A DNA stretch of 64,000 nt. Source: Eledone cirrhosa. Its lineage: Eukaryota. Made by a program: the position numbers and the translations under genes. Each line of letters begins with the position of its first letter. Within the stretch, counting starts at the first letter, position 1. The stretch covers positions 353,152,001 through 353,216,000 of the forward strand of contig OZ024741.1 in the NCBI GenBank assembly GCA_964016885.1, written 5' to 3'. Below the pieces are notes generated by a model. That model was not told where the DNA came from. It did no database searches and saw only the letters and a list, made by a program, of their open reading frames with translations. Shown here in pieces: positions 39,351 to 52,908 of this stretch.

Positions 39351-40489
39351 TATATATATATACACATACGAAAAGTAATTTTTCAGTTGAATTCAATCTT
39401 ATTTATCTATTTATTTATGTATTACCCAAGAAACGCTGTCTACAAATAACAATACAAAAAAATATATAAAATAAAGTAAAAGTGAGATAAAATATCTTAA
39501 CATTTATCTATATCTTAAACAACGAACTCGATGTGTTACGAACACTGCCCAAGCAATGTTCCACAAGTAATTTCATACAATATTAGTTTCTAACTTATTG
39601 CTTGGCTACAAGGCATAATAGCATAATTAAATAATCAACAACTCACTCGATTCCATGCCGTTTACTTTCCCATTACGATTCTAGCATTTCTTAATTTTGG
39701 AGCGTGAACTGCTCCTTGGCAAAACGAGACTTTACTTTGGCTACGATAAACGCTATTTAACAGTACACAGTACAGTACAGACGTTTAGGTATTTCAGATA
39801 TGAAAGTGGGGTCAGATTTATTTGTTTCTATGGCTAGTTAATTATAGCTTTAAGATTCCTGCACTTTTCAGTTTGTTTTATTTCTAGTTTGTGATAGAGT
39901 TTCTGTAAGGCAAAACTTTCTTGGCGTTTATACTAATTCACAACCCAATGCCTAAACCTCCATTAATATTCTTTTTACATATCAGAACAACAGTTATAGC
40001 AAAATATTAATAAGTACCAGACTTGAAAAGAAAGTACTGGGGTCGATATGATCAACTAGAATTGCGTCAGTGTGTTAGTATGAACATGGTCATCGATGAA
40101 GAGCATTTTAACAATTTAACAGCACTAAATTTGTTATATTTATTTTACGTATATTTCTTGAGGGGTCAACATTTTTGCTACAAAGTTTCACTGCATCTAT
40201 TAAGAATCCGCTACTGGTGCGCATATTTGTAAGTATCATAGAGGCTTATTTATGTCTAGTAACATTAAATAAATATCCCTTAGTCACTAACAAAAGTGGC
40301 AAAATAGCAGATAAAACTTGGAAATTTCATACCCATCTCTGAAAATGAACAGCTTGACGATACAATTCCCCCAGTCAGCTGACACCTACAGCTATCTTGG
40401 TTAGGATGAGAATGTCAGTTATGATGAACCTATGAGTAAGAAGAGGAGCCGGAATTAATATCTAAAGTCTGTCTCAAGCTAGGAGGCTC

Positions 40490-40745
40490 GTCAGGCTAGT
40501 GCTTATTGCGGTTTCGTCGCGTGAAGTGACTAAGAGTGCAAGACTCCCTTCTGAACAAGACACCAGTTCATCACAGGATTAAAACCCCAGCCATTGCTGG
40601 TGCTCATTTTCAGTTGAGTATACTGGAGCAACGTGATATGAAGTGTTTTGTTCAAGAACACAACACACAACCCAACCCAGGAATCGAACCTACAACATTG
40701 TGATCGTAAGTCCAACAGCTTTACCACTAGGCCACCCGCCTCCAC
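40490..40745 (-). mobile_element. tRNA-derived SINE, second family
   Basis: Minus strand TGGCCTAGTGG (A box) and GGTTCGATTCC (B box); related copies at about 36000-36150, 38590-38725, 42510-42815 and 60378-60675. Confidence 0.75.
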
Positions 40746-40774
40746 ATAATTAATATATCGTAAGAATAAAGATA

Positions 40775-41490
40775 GTTCGGGCATCAAAGCTCTCAGTGTA
40801 CAATTACCTTGCCCATAACACGTTTGCTGTGCCAATCCTAACACCAATGTTTGGCTCACTGAACAAGAACTGAACGAGTTGGATGTAAGGACTCGCACAC
40901 TGCTCAGTGTTACTGGAAAGGTTAACATCAATGGTGACGTGTATAGGCTATATTTCTGACGCAAGAAGGGTGGCCGGGTCTTAAAATCCACATTAACATC
41001 GTACGGGACCCGGATAGTGATACGGGGGCATCATATACAACAGATGAGAAAGGTATGCAACAATCTCGCCCAGGTTTATGAGCCTGAAAATAAGAACAAA
41101 CGCAAGCAAATACAAATAAAAGGCCAGAGATGGAGTTCCGACAAGTTCATAGCATCCCACCTTAAATGTTACCTCTATGAATTCTAGAAATACGAAATCC
41201 TCTTCTGTACAAAAATGAAACCACGCCAGTTGTGTGCTTGTAGCTCCAAGCACACATGTATCTTGGGTACTGTATCTGCAAACTCCTCATCATTATTCCG
41301 TATGTATCCTTCTCTTGTATTTTTCTCATTACATTGACATCGAATGGGTAGCTAACTTCTAGAACAGATCTTGTTTTAATGTGTTATCTCATTGCGATTC
41401 AAGGGATGACAATTTCTTTACTTTTACAACCTTGCCACCAGGAAGATGGCCGGTCAAAAATGTACTCGAAATTAAGAGAAAGAGAAACAT
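40775..41490 (+). pseudogene. Decayed R4/Dong-type copy with an internally inverted RLE segment
   Basis: AHNTFAVPILTP..LDVRTR..RKKGGR on +; SVLEVSYPFDVNVMRKIQEKD on - (about 41185-41387); same 3' UTR as 38280-38370, then CATA repeats. Confidence 0.75.
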
Positions 41491-43160
41491 ACATACATGC
41501 ATACATACATACATGATGATGACTGCCCCCTCGTTATCGAGTATGGCCTTTGCACGATATAACATTATTAATAATTATTAATTAATACTATCGTGCAATG
41601 CCTGTGCGTGAAGATATTTTTTAAAATGAGGAAAGACTGTGCACTGAGCCAATCCCACTCTCTGAGCGACAGTAGCTATAACCTGAAAAGAAGAAAAGAT
41701 CAACATCATCGGTAACTAATGAGCCGCAGGTTTTATACCGGAGTTATCCCAGTTTCCTGAGTTGCCTTCTCCTAGAAGAATGCCCTGACAAAGGCTAGGG
41801 GTCCTTCACTCCCACTGGTTTAACCGCGCGATCGGGTGTCCAGCCCGACTATTTCTATGTCCTCGAGCATTTACATACACATGCACCCATGTATATACAC
41901 ATATACATATACATACATATGTACATGTGTATATACATATTTACACACTTTTGGATGGGTGTTGACTCTTATGAGTTCTTCTGCCCTTTGTGTCCTGCAG
42001 GGTGTCCAAAATCACCTTCCTCACCAAGTAAATTTGGTGGGGTTGCCGGTTTAGTCGCCGGCGACCCGACCATGCGACAGATTGTACTGGGTTACATGTT
42101 ACCAGTAGCACTCAAGAGTGACCCGACATACATACATCCATCCATACACACACAAAATCCATTAATGAAACAGTAAAAATATGTAAAACATTCCAAAAAA
42201 TGTGCATCTAATAACTGCATACACACATATACAGATGCAAAGCATATACACATGCACACATACAACTCAAAACATCCACATCCACACATCTACCTAGTTG
42301 ATGTGTAAATTCCAATGAGAGAGTCTTGTGTCTATGTGAGAAACCGACTCTCTCTCTATTGGTAAAACTTTGTGAAATTATAAAACCAGAAGAACATACA
42401 TACATTAGTCACTTCTAGGATCAGTTCCGCAATGTTCTCTGTCTACTATTGCATATTCATATGTTTATATATTTATATATTTACATGTTTTGTAGATGTA
42501 ACATAACCGAATGGTTCAGAAGTTTGTTTTGTAATTATTAGGTTGCAGGTTCGATCGCACTACATCGCATTTAGGGGACGTTTGCTCCATATTTTGTAAG
42601 TGAAATTGGATAGATGCAAACTGTTTGGAAGCCCATAGCAAGAACTGCACCTGAATTTAATGGTCTGGATTGCCACACACTGTGTCGCGCTGAACCACAC
42701 AGAAAATTACGTTATGGGTACACGTGTCAGTGAAATGGTCACTCATATACACATAAATTTCACGAGCAATCTATTCCGTGATAGAACGAATGGAGCATTC
42801 ATTATCGAAAATGATACAGGTCCATTCCCCATTTCACATATCTATGCCTTATTTACCTGGTTATCTTCATGGGAGCTTGCCTTTTATGTGTGTAGATGTC
42901 ATTTGCTATCTAGATATGAAGTATCTGAAATATCTGCATATAATTGAAGTCTCTGGCATTAGAGTCTTGATAAGTGGTGTGTTTAACTGTACGCCATAAA
43001 CAGGGTTAATTTATAGTCTTGAAAGACTATAATAGATAAAATCACATACACACATACATTCATACATTCATACATACATGCGTTCCTATATACATACATA
43101 AGTACGTACGAACATACACACATACGTACATACATACGTACGTACATGCGTACGTAATTA

Positions 43161-43191
<31 letters not shown>

Positions 43192-43244
43192 CATACATAC
43201 ATACATACATACATACATACATACATACATACATACATACATTT

Positions 43245-43363
43245 GTTTACAGTTATATTAAGCCGAGAACATTGGTGTTCGCCTGCTCACCAAAGATAAG
43301 CAGCGTCCAGCCTAGTTAGTACTGCGACGGGAGAGCACTTGGAAAGCCTATGTGCTGTTAGCT
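43245..43363 (+). pseudogene. 5S rRNA-derived copy (pseudogene or SINE3 head)
   Basis: 119 nt aligning to 5S: TCACCAAAGATAAGCAGCG, GTTAGTACT..GA.GGGAGA, TTGGAAA, GTGCTGTTAGCT; many substitutions. Confidence 0.8.
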
Positions 43364-43555
43364 AACCTATGGCACACATACACACACGCACATACATACA
43401 CACATACGCATACACGTACACACACATCTCTATATATTAGTTTAGAGTGATGGATCCAGTACAGAAAATGTAGATGCCAACTTATAAGCAGGAACTTCTA
43501 TACCTTGTTCACTCGACCATCTCAACTCTACTTTCTTTATTGTAGCATCTGAGAT

Positions 43556-43622
<67 letters not shown>

Positions 43623-43625
43623 TTA

Positions 43626-43678
<53 letters not shown>

Positions 43679-43724
43679 TATATATACATATATCTATATG
43701 TATGTGTATATATATATATATATA

Positions 43725-43965
43725 AGAAAATGAGTTGTTTTTTTAATTGAAAAAAAAACGAGATGTCCTACACGAGTGAAAGTATAAGGAAAAGAATCGA
43801 AAATATAACTGGACTCTTTTAAAGAATATTTATTGTTTCCTTTATCGGTTTCACAGTTATTATGCTTTTCAAAAGTAGAATTGAGATGGAGGGTTTGTGG
43901 TTTTAAACCACAAATAAATATTCTTAAAAAAACTCCAGTTGCATTTTCGACTTCTTTTCCTTATA
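43725..43965 (-). mobile_element. Family E hairpin+tail element with a U3-A8 hammerhead (43839-43877, minus)
   Basis: CUU-UUGAAAA-GCA.UAAUAAC.UGU-GAAA-CCGA-UA-AAG; inverted arms; flanked by (TA)n. Confidence 0.72.
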
Positions 43966-45127
43966 TATATATATAGGAAAAAGTATGACCCCGACGGCAG
44001 AGCTGGACTAAATTAGAATTTTTAGCCTGGTGAATAAATAGCCGAACTTGTCAAGGGGGTACTTCCTTATATGGGAAGATTGTAGTTGTCAAGAGGATTG
44101 GTTAAAATTTGTTGTAAACACAAATAAGTCTATCATGGCATTTGGTGGGAGGTAGGGGTGGCTGACAAGATCCCAGACTTCACTCACTTAACGAGTGGGG
44201 TGGAGATCGTCAAATCGGACCAAGGAAACAATGTTTCCATTGGTCTTTCCAAATGCTAATACTATTTGTCGGTCGAAAGACCATGCATATATATATACGT
44301 GAGTGAGAGTGTCTCTGTGTGACTTCTACAATGGATGAGAGAGTAGAGGTAGCAATTTGGTAGATTGTAACCATATCAAAGAGTAAATCAATATTTATTT
44401 ATTTCCCGCAAGTGTTATAAATAGTCGACTGTGTGGCTGGTTTTTACTAATCAGATGTATCCATCGATTGGTGAGTAAATATATTTGCTACACGAGAATT
44501 AGAATAGTTATGGTATTTCCGCACCACATTAGACATAATTTATAAACTGACGATAACAGAATACATTTGTATCACTACATGTTGTCTATCGATGAACTAC
44601 AGAGAGTATCATGATTATGTATTCAGAATATTGAGATATGACTTAAGGAATCTTCAGCATGTGAACGAAGATCTTGTATAAGAGTTCAATGTATTCACAC
44701 CTTTAACAGAAGTATAGTTACACTTATTTAATATATGGTATTTTTTCAATAGGAAACTATTATTAAGTCATGTTATTAACTTGTTTTAATCAGCTCTTTT
44801 GAATTAGGCCTAAGTGATGAAATTGTTGTTGCTGTGAATGTGTAACAGAATTAAAATGGATTTGTGTAAGCTCAGCTACTTCATACACTGTGTCGTGTCG
44901 TCAATTGTTACGTAGTTCTAAGCTCTTTTTTTCTTAGCTCGTAAGGAACGAAACAATATCCAATGCATGTTGTTTACCGAGCAAACAAGAAACATCTCCC
45001 TGTCACCCAGCGGGCTAAGTTTAAGACTTTACAACGTAGAAAAGGTTTAGGACTTGAGGGGTTATATATTTCGAATACCTCACTTGATATTCATGTATAA
45101 GTTCTTCAAATTAAGCGTATAAACAAA

Positions 45128-45128
<1 letters not shown>

Positions 45129-45158
<30 letters not shown>

Positions 45159-47615
45159 CTTCTTCTTCTTCTTCTTCTTCTTCTTCTTCTTCTTCTTCTT
45201 CTTCTTCTTCTCATTTACCCCTGAGATGGTCGTGGGGTCAGAATCATCAAGCACGCCTTCCAGCGGGTCCTGTCAGAATCAGCGGTCTCCAACTGACCCA
45301 GTTGGATCCCAAAGCGAGACCATTTTCGAGCTTATGGATGTTATCCAACTACCTTGCCTGGGTCTAACTCTGGGTCTTCTGCCGGTTGGTTTCATCCGTA
45401 AAATCTGTCCAGCGATTATTTCCTTACACATTCTGACTACATGCCCGTAGTATCGAAACTGTGACCTCTCATTTCGTAGAAGTAGTTACTCTATTTAATT
45501 CGATTTCCTGATCTCTATCGAGTAGCGTTACCCCGAAGACTCTTCGGAGGAACTCCATTTCGGCCACTTGTATTTGCAATCGTATTCTTTCGTATTCACG
45601 ATCATAGGTAAGGTTCGGCACAAATACCAAATTGAAAATAACGAGTTTGGCTTTTACAATTACCTCCCTTCTTATAATTACCGAAAGCTGAAACTGGTAT
45701 ATTACTGCACCAGCTCCTGTAACTCTTGCACCAATGAGAGAGTCCAAATATAGTTCCTTCCTTCAATCACTGAAGAGTTAGATGCAACTAAGACTGTGTC
45801 AGATACCCTCATGTGTGACTGCAATGCCCATGTTGGCACTAACCATCTGTTGTGGAAAGGAGTGCTTGGAAGCGGGCCTTACTAGACTTCTGGTCTAGTA
45901 ATGATCTCTCTATTATGAACACTTTCTTGCACGAAGACATCCATAAATACACGTGGTATTAGTGAGATCGGAGACAGAAAACAATAATTAGTTTCATTAT
46001 TGACTTTGATCGTTTCGACTTGTATTAATGGAAGGGCGGAGCTATCAACTGATCGCCCTCTAATTATCTGCAACCTGAGATTACTTAATGCCTAGAAAAC
46101 CCACACAATTAGCATGCCCAGCTCGACCTACTGGATAAAGCAGGAAGCGTTAGCTTATAAGGAGGTCAAGACCAGGTATACGGATACAGTGGCATTGAAA
46201 ATGAAAGAACACCCTGAGCTAATAAAGACGTTGAAACGGAGTGGATACTTCAGCTCGGCAGTCTTTGATTCAGTTGTTAAATGCTGCGGATGGAAGCGGC
46301 TTGGTGTGGTCCCGGATGGCCAGAGAACTCTGGTTCAATTAGGAGATTAAACATGCCATCTGAACAAAGAAAGAAGCTTACAAGGCTTGGCTTAAAAATA
46401 CATTTTCCTTTTTCCACATGAGATAAAGCAGGCACGAAAAGTCGCAGCAGAGAAAGTAAAGAATTCCAAAGTTAAGACATGGGAGGACTTCAGATAAGCA
46501 AATAAAGTATTTTGGCAGACCATTCACCGACTTCATAAGAAGGCTCCCCTTCACGCAGCTTTCATGAAACTCTGGAGTTTACTATTCGGAGAAATGCATC
46601 CTCGCGAGGTGGAGAGAATAATTTTCTGATCTCCTAAACCTGCTTTCTAGAACATCTTCTGATGTACATGAGGTGCATCTAGGAGCGATGCCTAACCTCT
46701 CAGAGGTTGTTACCAGAGCAATTAAAGAGCTCAAATGTGACAAGGTCTCCGAAGAAGATGAAATTCGGCTCAATATGTTAAAAACCTTAAATAGAGACGG
46801 CTGACTCGTACATGCCGGAGGGTCTGGATCTCTTGAAAGGCACCGAAGCAATGGCAATCGGTAGTGATTATCCCAATTTTCAAAAGGCAGACAAGAGAGA
46901 TTGCTCTAATGAGTCTTCTTGTTAAACTCCCTCCACCACAGTAAAGTCTATGTGAGGTGTCTGGCAAAGAGATGCAGTGTGGTCTTCGCCCTGGACGCAT
47001 CACAACTGACTAAATATTCACACTGACGCTGTTCTTTGAGAAATCGTGGGAGCATTGCCAAGATGTGTATGATTGTTTTGTAGATCTCGAAAGGGCACAT
47101 GACCGCATTCCACGGGACCTGTTGTGGAAGGAGTGTGGGACAGCTTCTTGATGGACAGATTCTCATTGCTTTGAATTACCTATAGAAATGTGCAAATATT
47201 TGTGTTAGGAGAAATGGTTCTAAGTCGAAACCATTCATTGTGGGTGTCGGACTTTGCCAAGGGTGCGTACCGTTACATCTCCAGTTCATAATCTTCATGA
47301 ACAGGATACATGTGTAGCCAGGTTGAAAGTGATGTCAAGACTGGCGGGTGTAGGATCAGTCGGCTACAATTTGCAGACAACGTGGTACTACTTAACTCGT
47401 CTTTTGGAGATCTCTGATATGCACTTGATAGGTTTGATGCCGAGTGTTGCGCAACGTGGATGAAAAAAATCAGTGCTGCAACGACTGAGACACTCGTCCT
47501 CTCTAGGAAGTCTGCGCAGTGCACTCTATATATGATTGCAGTTCCACTAAAGCAGTTTGAGATGTTAAAATATTCTAGGGCCGTGTTCACGAATAATGGA
47601 AGGTAGAACGATGTA
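45129..47615 (-). pseudogene. RTE-clade LINE with 5' inversion and (GAA)n tail
   Basis: 3' RT end on minus 45210-45735, ending in (TTC)n 45129-45210; APE/RT segment on plus, about 45750-47615. Confidence 0.8.
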
Positions 47616-48188
47616 TTAAGAAGTAATGAAATTAACCATTTAAATACTTATTAAATCAAGACTGGCCTTTGTGGAATTTGCTGTTGAAACTTTGGACCTA
47701 AACCATGTGAACTACATTTAGAAGTGGTAGGGTGTTTGTAAAAGCGATTCAGTTGTATGCATATATTGAGTTTGATTAACTAACAGCATAGATTTCTTGC
47801 TTCCAGTTTCATGACAAATCATATTGTATATATGAGATGAGAGTAAGCAGTAATTTGATAATATTGAAACAATTTGAATCAATGCATTGATGTGGCATTC
47901 ATAGTTCTTTGATAAACATTTGCCTATAAATGGAATCAAAAGAAAGTTTTGTCTAAAGTGATGAAGATAGATGTGACCAATACTAACTCCTGCCTGCTAC
48001 AGTATTAAATCAAGTCTACTTTTAGAATGAGAAATACGCATCTGTCACGAGCTAAATGTAACAATAAACTGATATCAACAAATACAAACACATGCGCACG
48101 CATGTGTATTCTTTTACTATTTTACTTCTTGTTCCTGTATTGGATTGCAGCCATGTTGAGGCACCGCTTTTTATTCTCTCTCTCTCTC

Positions 48189-48245
<57 letters not shown>

Positions 48246-48292
48246 ATAACATATATATATATTTTATCTGGTGATTCTATAGACATGTTTTA

Positions 48293-48337
<45 letters not shown>

Positions 48338-48345
48338 CGAACGCG

Positions 48346-48376
<31 letters not shown>

Positions 48377-48402
48377 GTTTATATGTATATATATATATGT
48401 TA

Positions 48403-48490
<88 letters not shown>

Positions 48491-48587
48491 ATTGTATATA
48501 TATATAAGTTTATATGTATATATATATATTTATATGTAAATATATATGTATATATTTATATGTATATATATATATATATATTATATT

Positions 48588-48652
<65 letters not shown>

Positions 48653-48943
48653 AAAAGATATTGATAGATATATAAGAGAAATGGATCTCTGCCAGTTTTG
48701 ACGATGAGTATTCCAGAAGTTCGATAAATTGAACTGCCTACTCATTGTAGTATCGATCACATGCACATAGACAGCGACAGCATGGCACAATGTTTGACAA
48801 CTCTGATCATTTGAATAACAATCACAATTATTTCACCTTCAAGTCTTGATTCAACATGAAGCTCTGATAATAGAGATCGCTTGAAATTGAACTCAGAATT
48901 TCATGATTGGAAAGTAAATTTCTTAACGCCTCAAATATGACCA

Positions 48944-48990
<47 letters not shown>

Positions 48991-48997
48991 ATATCTA

Positions 48998-51360
48998 CGT
49001 GCTGAGCCAATGCGGCAAACGCAAATCCCCGGGTCTCGATGGTCTTCCATACGAACTATATCTAGCTATGCCGGACTTGTTCCCCGATCTCCTCGAGGCG
49101 GTCTACTGCAACTGGCAACAGAACGGGAGAATTCCCTGTGCTGTGACCAAGGGCGTAGTCACGCTAGTGAGGAAGGACGAGAACAAGGGTTACGATATAA
49201 ATAATTTCAGGCCCATAACTCTGCTAAATACAGAGTTACAGATTTTGGCCAAGGTGCTAGCAAAGAGGTTGGCGCTTGTCGTGGGAAACCTGGTGGGAGA
49301 TGCGCAGACATGTGCTATCCCGTCCAGGTCCATCCACGATAACCTCCACCTCATGCGATACATCATAGAGAGGGTTGGGAACGAACCCGGCTTTGGTGGG
49401 GCCCTGATCAACTTGGATCAATCTAAGGCATTCGATAGGGTCGACAATGGTTACCTGGATGCGGTGCTAGCGGCGGCAGGCTTCGGACCCGTTTTCAGCG
49501 GCTGGATCAATGCCATGCACAGCAGCCGCATCTGCTCTAGGGTCAAGGTGAACGGCTACCTCTCGGAGCCGTTCGAAATCGCGCGGTCCATCCGACAGGG
49601 GTGCCCTCTCTCCTCCCTTCTGTATGTAATGATTCTAGAGCCACTGCTGCGGAAGTTGGAGTTGTTGCAGGGCATCCCGTTGGAACCGGGATTGCGGAAA
49701 GCGGTGTCAGCCGACGCCGATGACGTAACAGTAATGGTGTCGACGGCCTCGGGAATCGGGGCGATCGGCACCTTACTGGAGGAGTACGAAAGGTTTACAG
49801 GGGCTAAGCTGAACCGGGACAAGTCGATCGGTCTGCAACTCGGCACGTGGAGGGGCAGATCGATGCCCTCCGATGGCGTCGTCGGGCGCTGGACGAAGAG
49901 CCCGGTGAAGTTGCTCGGGGTCTGGTTCGGACCAGACCTCCAGGTGGAGAAGAACTGGGGTGAGGTGACGAACAGGGTGTTTGCACTGACCCAGAAGTGG
50001 GCCGAGTGCAAACCGTCCCTGAAAGGTCGGGCGGAGGTGGCGAACACTTATATAGCGTCCGTCATCTACTACCGCCTGACCGTTGTGCCTTGCCCAAGGG
50101 AAACGCTCGCCAAAATGGAGCGCGCACTCTTCCAATTCCTTTGGAAGAAGCGGGCTCCTATGGTGAGGAGATCCATCTGCTGTCAACACCCTTCGAAAGG
50201 AGGGCTGGGGATGCCGTAGCTAATGATACGTAAACACGCATTAAGGCTACGGCACCTTCAGGTATTCCTCTCCGGTCAACCGGTGTGGGCCCCGTTTGTG
50301 AGGCGAGCCTTTACCAGACTCATCTCACTCACCGAGCTGCAATCCTGGGTCAAGCAAAGACCGAGAAAACTGGGCGCCTGGCACACCGAGTGTGCCCAGG
50401 CGCTCACGGCTCTCTGGCAGGCGGACCCGGCTGTCACTGGAGAATCCACCTCGTCATTCTATAGAGGGCTGGTGGTTAGCAGGTGCGACGACGCCCTCGG
50501 AGAAGCCCTAGGCATGGAGGAAGACGAACTGGCCAACCTGTTCGGTAGGACATTCAGCCCGGGACCCATGGATAACTTCCAGAGGTCCTGGCCTGGCAAT
50601 GCTACAGAAGGGCTCTGCCCGTTCGAGAAAGGCTCTACAGACACGGGCGCCCGGGTAGGGACCCATCGAAAAAGATCTGTCCCAGATGCGTGTGCGACGA
50701 GGAAACCGTTTCACACGCATTGGTACACTGCTCGGGAATTGCCGATCTGTGGGGCTATGTCGAACAACTGCTGTCAAGGGTGGGACCGATCCGGTTGACC
50801 ACCGAGTCTATTGTAACGATCAAGCCGCCTCCCCTCTTCAAAAACGAAGGAGAGGCGGTGTTTCTGTGCGTAATAGCCATGGCGAAAGAGGTTGTATGGT
50901 GGACGCGTCTGAAAGGACTGAGGTCAGACACCTTTCTCTCTGGCCAACAACTGGTCCGTTTCTTCCGATATCATTTCGGAAGAAGGATCAGGATGGAGAG
51001 AGAGGTGCTGCACCCCAGCCGTTTCTATGAAAGATGGGTGAAAGTGGCGAGAATGGCCCGTGTGAATGGGCCTTCACTCTACATCAGACTATAGGTGAGG
51101 AAGATGAAAGACCAAGGGAGCACCCCTTCTCTGTGCTCCTGAGGAGAAGGGTTGCACACTTTTTTCGGGGGTGTGTGCGACCCCCCAAGGCGCCTGCCTC
51201 CTCTCTATTGAGGACTTTGTTATAAATTTAATTTTGTTATATTTTATTTTATTTTTATATATTGTTATTGCCTCCTCCTTATTGAGGACGCCTTGTTTTG
51301 TAAACTCCCCCCATTGTAGTTGTCCCACTTTTGATGCCCTGGAGGCAAATAAAAGAAACA
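48998..51360 (+). mobile_element. 5'-truncated Tx1/L1-clade LINE (RT + zinc knuckle), disabled, in (TATC)n
   Basis: KSPGLDG, FRPITLLN, LDQSKAFDRV, RQGCPLS, ADADD, GGLG then stop at 50217-50219; frameshifted CPRC..EETVSHALVHC; AATAAA at the 3' end; TATC repeats on both sides. Confidence 0.9.
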
Positions 51361-51426
51361 TATCTATATATCTATCTATCAATCTATCTATCTATCTCAC
51401 ACTACACACATACACACACGCACACA

Positions 51427-51496
<70 letters not shown>

Positions 51497-51512
51497 TATA
51501 TATATATATATA

Positions 51513-51651
51513 TCCTGGGTTCAATCGGGGGTAAGGTACACAATGCATTTAATATAGAAATGGCTTCTACAAGACTAGAATTGTTTCAAGGAAATCACTA
51601 CGAAAGCCTTCGAATGAAACAGTTCTAGACCTGTAAAGGCCATTTCTATAT

Positions 51652-51654
<3 letters not shown>
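51513..51654 (-). mobile_element. Family C hairpin+tail element
   Basis: Arms 51549-51588 and 51615-51654; tail CCTGGGTTCAATCGGGGGTAA matches 34928-34948. Confidence 0.65.
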
Positions 51655-51691
<37 letters not shown>

Positions 51692-51890
51692 GTCAACCCT
51701 TTTGTATATATCGGTATTATTATGCCCACATGAATTCTGTCGCTTTATTCTTGGTGTCATGCTTTATTAACTTTTTGTGTTTACTCAGGATGAAAATGTT
51801 TTAGATTCTCACACCATCGAGTGGTTTGTGACTGCTCCAACCAATTCGATTGGTATCTGCTATACTGCAGCTACAATTTCAATTTATACC

Positions 51891-51944
<54 letters not shown>

Positions 51945-52157
51945 AAGAGGTAGATTCCTAATGGAGGGCCCTGCCATTTCAGATTGTTCTGATTTCTCAT
52001 GCTTTCTCAGGGGCACTAAGAGAACAAAATGAAGCGATGAAGCGATGAAACGATGAAACGACAGGGCACGCTATCTGTTTTTTCCCATATAGACATTTTG
52101 CATTACATCATGCAAAGTGAACTCCACTGACTTGTGGTCTTCCTGGTCTTCGCACCG

Positions 52158-52442
52158 TAGAAAATGATTTTTATCAAATAAAAAAATCCCAAAGAAAAAG
52201 AATAAAACGAATGTCCTACGCGGGTGAAAGTATAAGGAAAAGAAATCGAAAATACAGCTGGTGTCTTTTTAAGAATATGAGATGGAGGGTGTGTGGTTTG
52301 TCTCGCGAGATGCGCAACAAACCACAAACCGTCCATCTCAATTTTACTTTTGGGAAGCATAAGAACTGTGAAACCGGTAAAGGAAATGAATAAATATTCT
52401 TAAAAAGACTCCAGTCGCATTTTCGATTTCTTTTCCTGATAT
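52158..52442. mobile_element. Family E hairpin+tail element with a degenerate U3-A8 hammerhead (52345-52383, +)
   Basis: CUU-UUGGGAA-GCA.UAAGAAC.UGU-GAAA-CCGG-UA-AAG; nested inverted repeats. Confidence 0.68.
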
Positions 52443-52567
52443 ATATATGTCAACATGAATGTACCTGTTATTTTTATCTAAAGACATTTTTATCTAAAGA
52501 CATTTTTATCTAAAGACATTTATTCCAATCCCCCCCGTCTGCTCAGTCTATCTTATTTCTCATTCCC

Positions 52568-52603
52568 TCTTCTGATGAAAGACTAGCGTCCGAAACCTTA
52601 AGA
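52568..52603 (+). ncRNA. Type I minimal hammerhead in a PLE-like 3' end remnant
   Basis: UCUU-CUGAUGA-A.AGAC.UAGC.GUCC-GAAA-CC-UU-AAGA; half copy GGACTAGCGTCCGAAACG at about 18456-18474. Confidence 0.62.
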
Positions 52604-52855
52604 CCCTCTTCCTGCTATTTCAAGCGTTAACCTTCCATATAGTGTACCGATTGTGTTGTTATTTCTGTTTACCTTTTACATATATATATATATATATATA
52701 AGTAAGATGTATGGTAGGACGTATGTGAATCGCGATGATCACGTCTGACTTACCAAATATGTGACGGTAGCTAGTTAAGCTCTATGCGTATACGCAGAGC
52801 AGAAATATTATTAGTGAAAAAGAACAAAGGAACTATTATGACATTATAACAAGTT

Positions 52856-52908
52856 TATTGCCGACAGCCGTTTCGTCCGACCCCATGGTGGGACTTATCA
52901 AGGCATAT
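52856..52908 (-). ncRNA. Hammerhead ribozyme, U3-A8 variant (family 2)
   Basis: UGCC-UUGAUAA-GUCC.C.ACC.AUGG.GGU.C.GGAC-GAAA-CGGCUG-UC-GGCA. Confidence 0.78.

Noticed and set aside
51965-52016. Minus-strand GCC-CUGAGAA..GAAA-UGGC-AG-GGC
   Set aside because: Core G8 and the UH cleavage site are absent; at best a dead remnant
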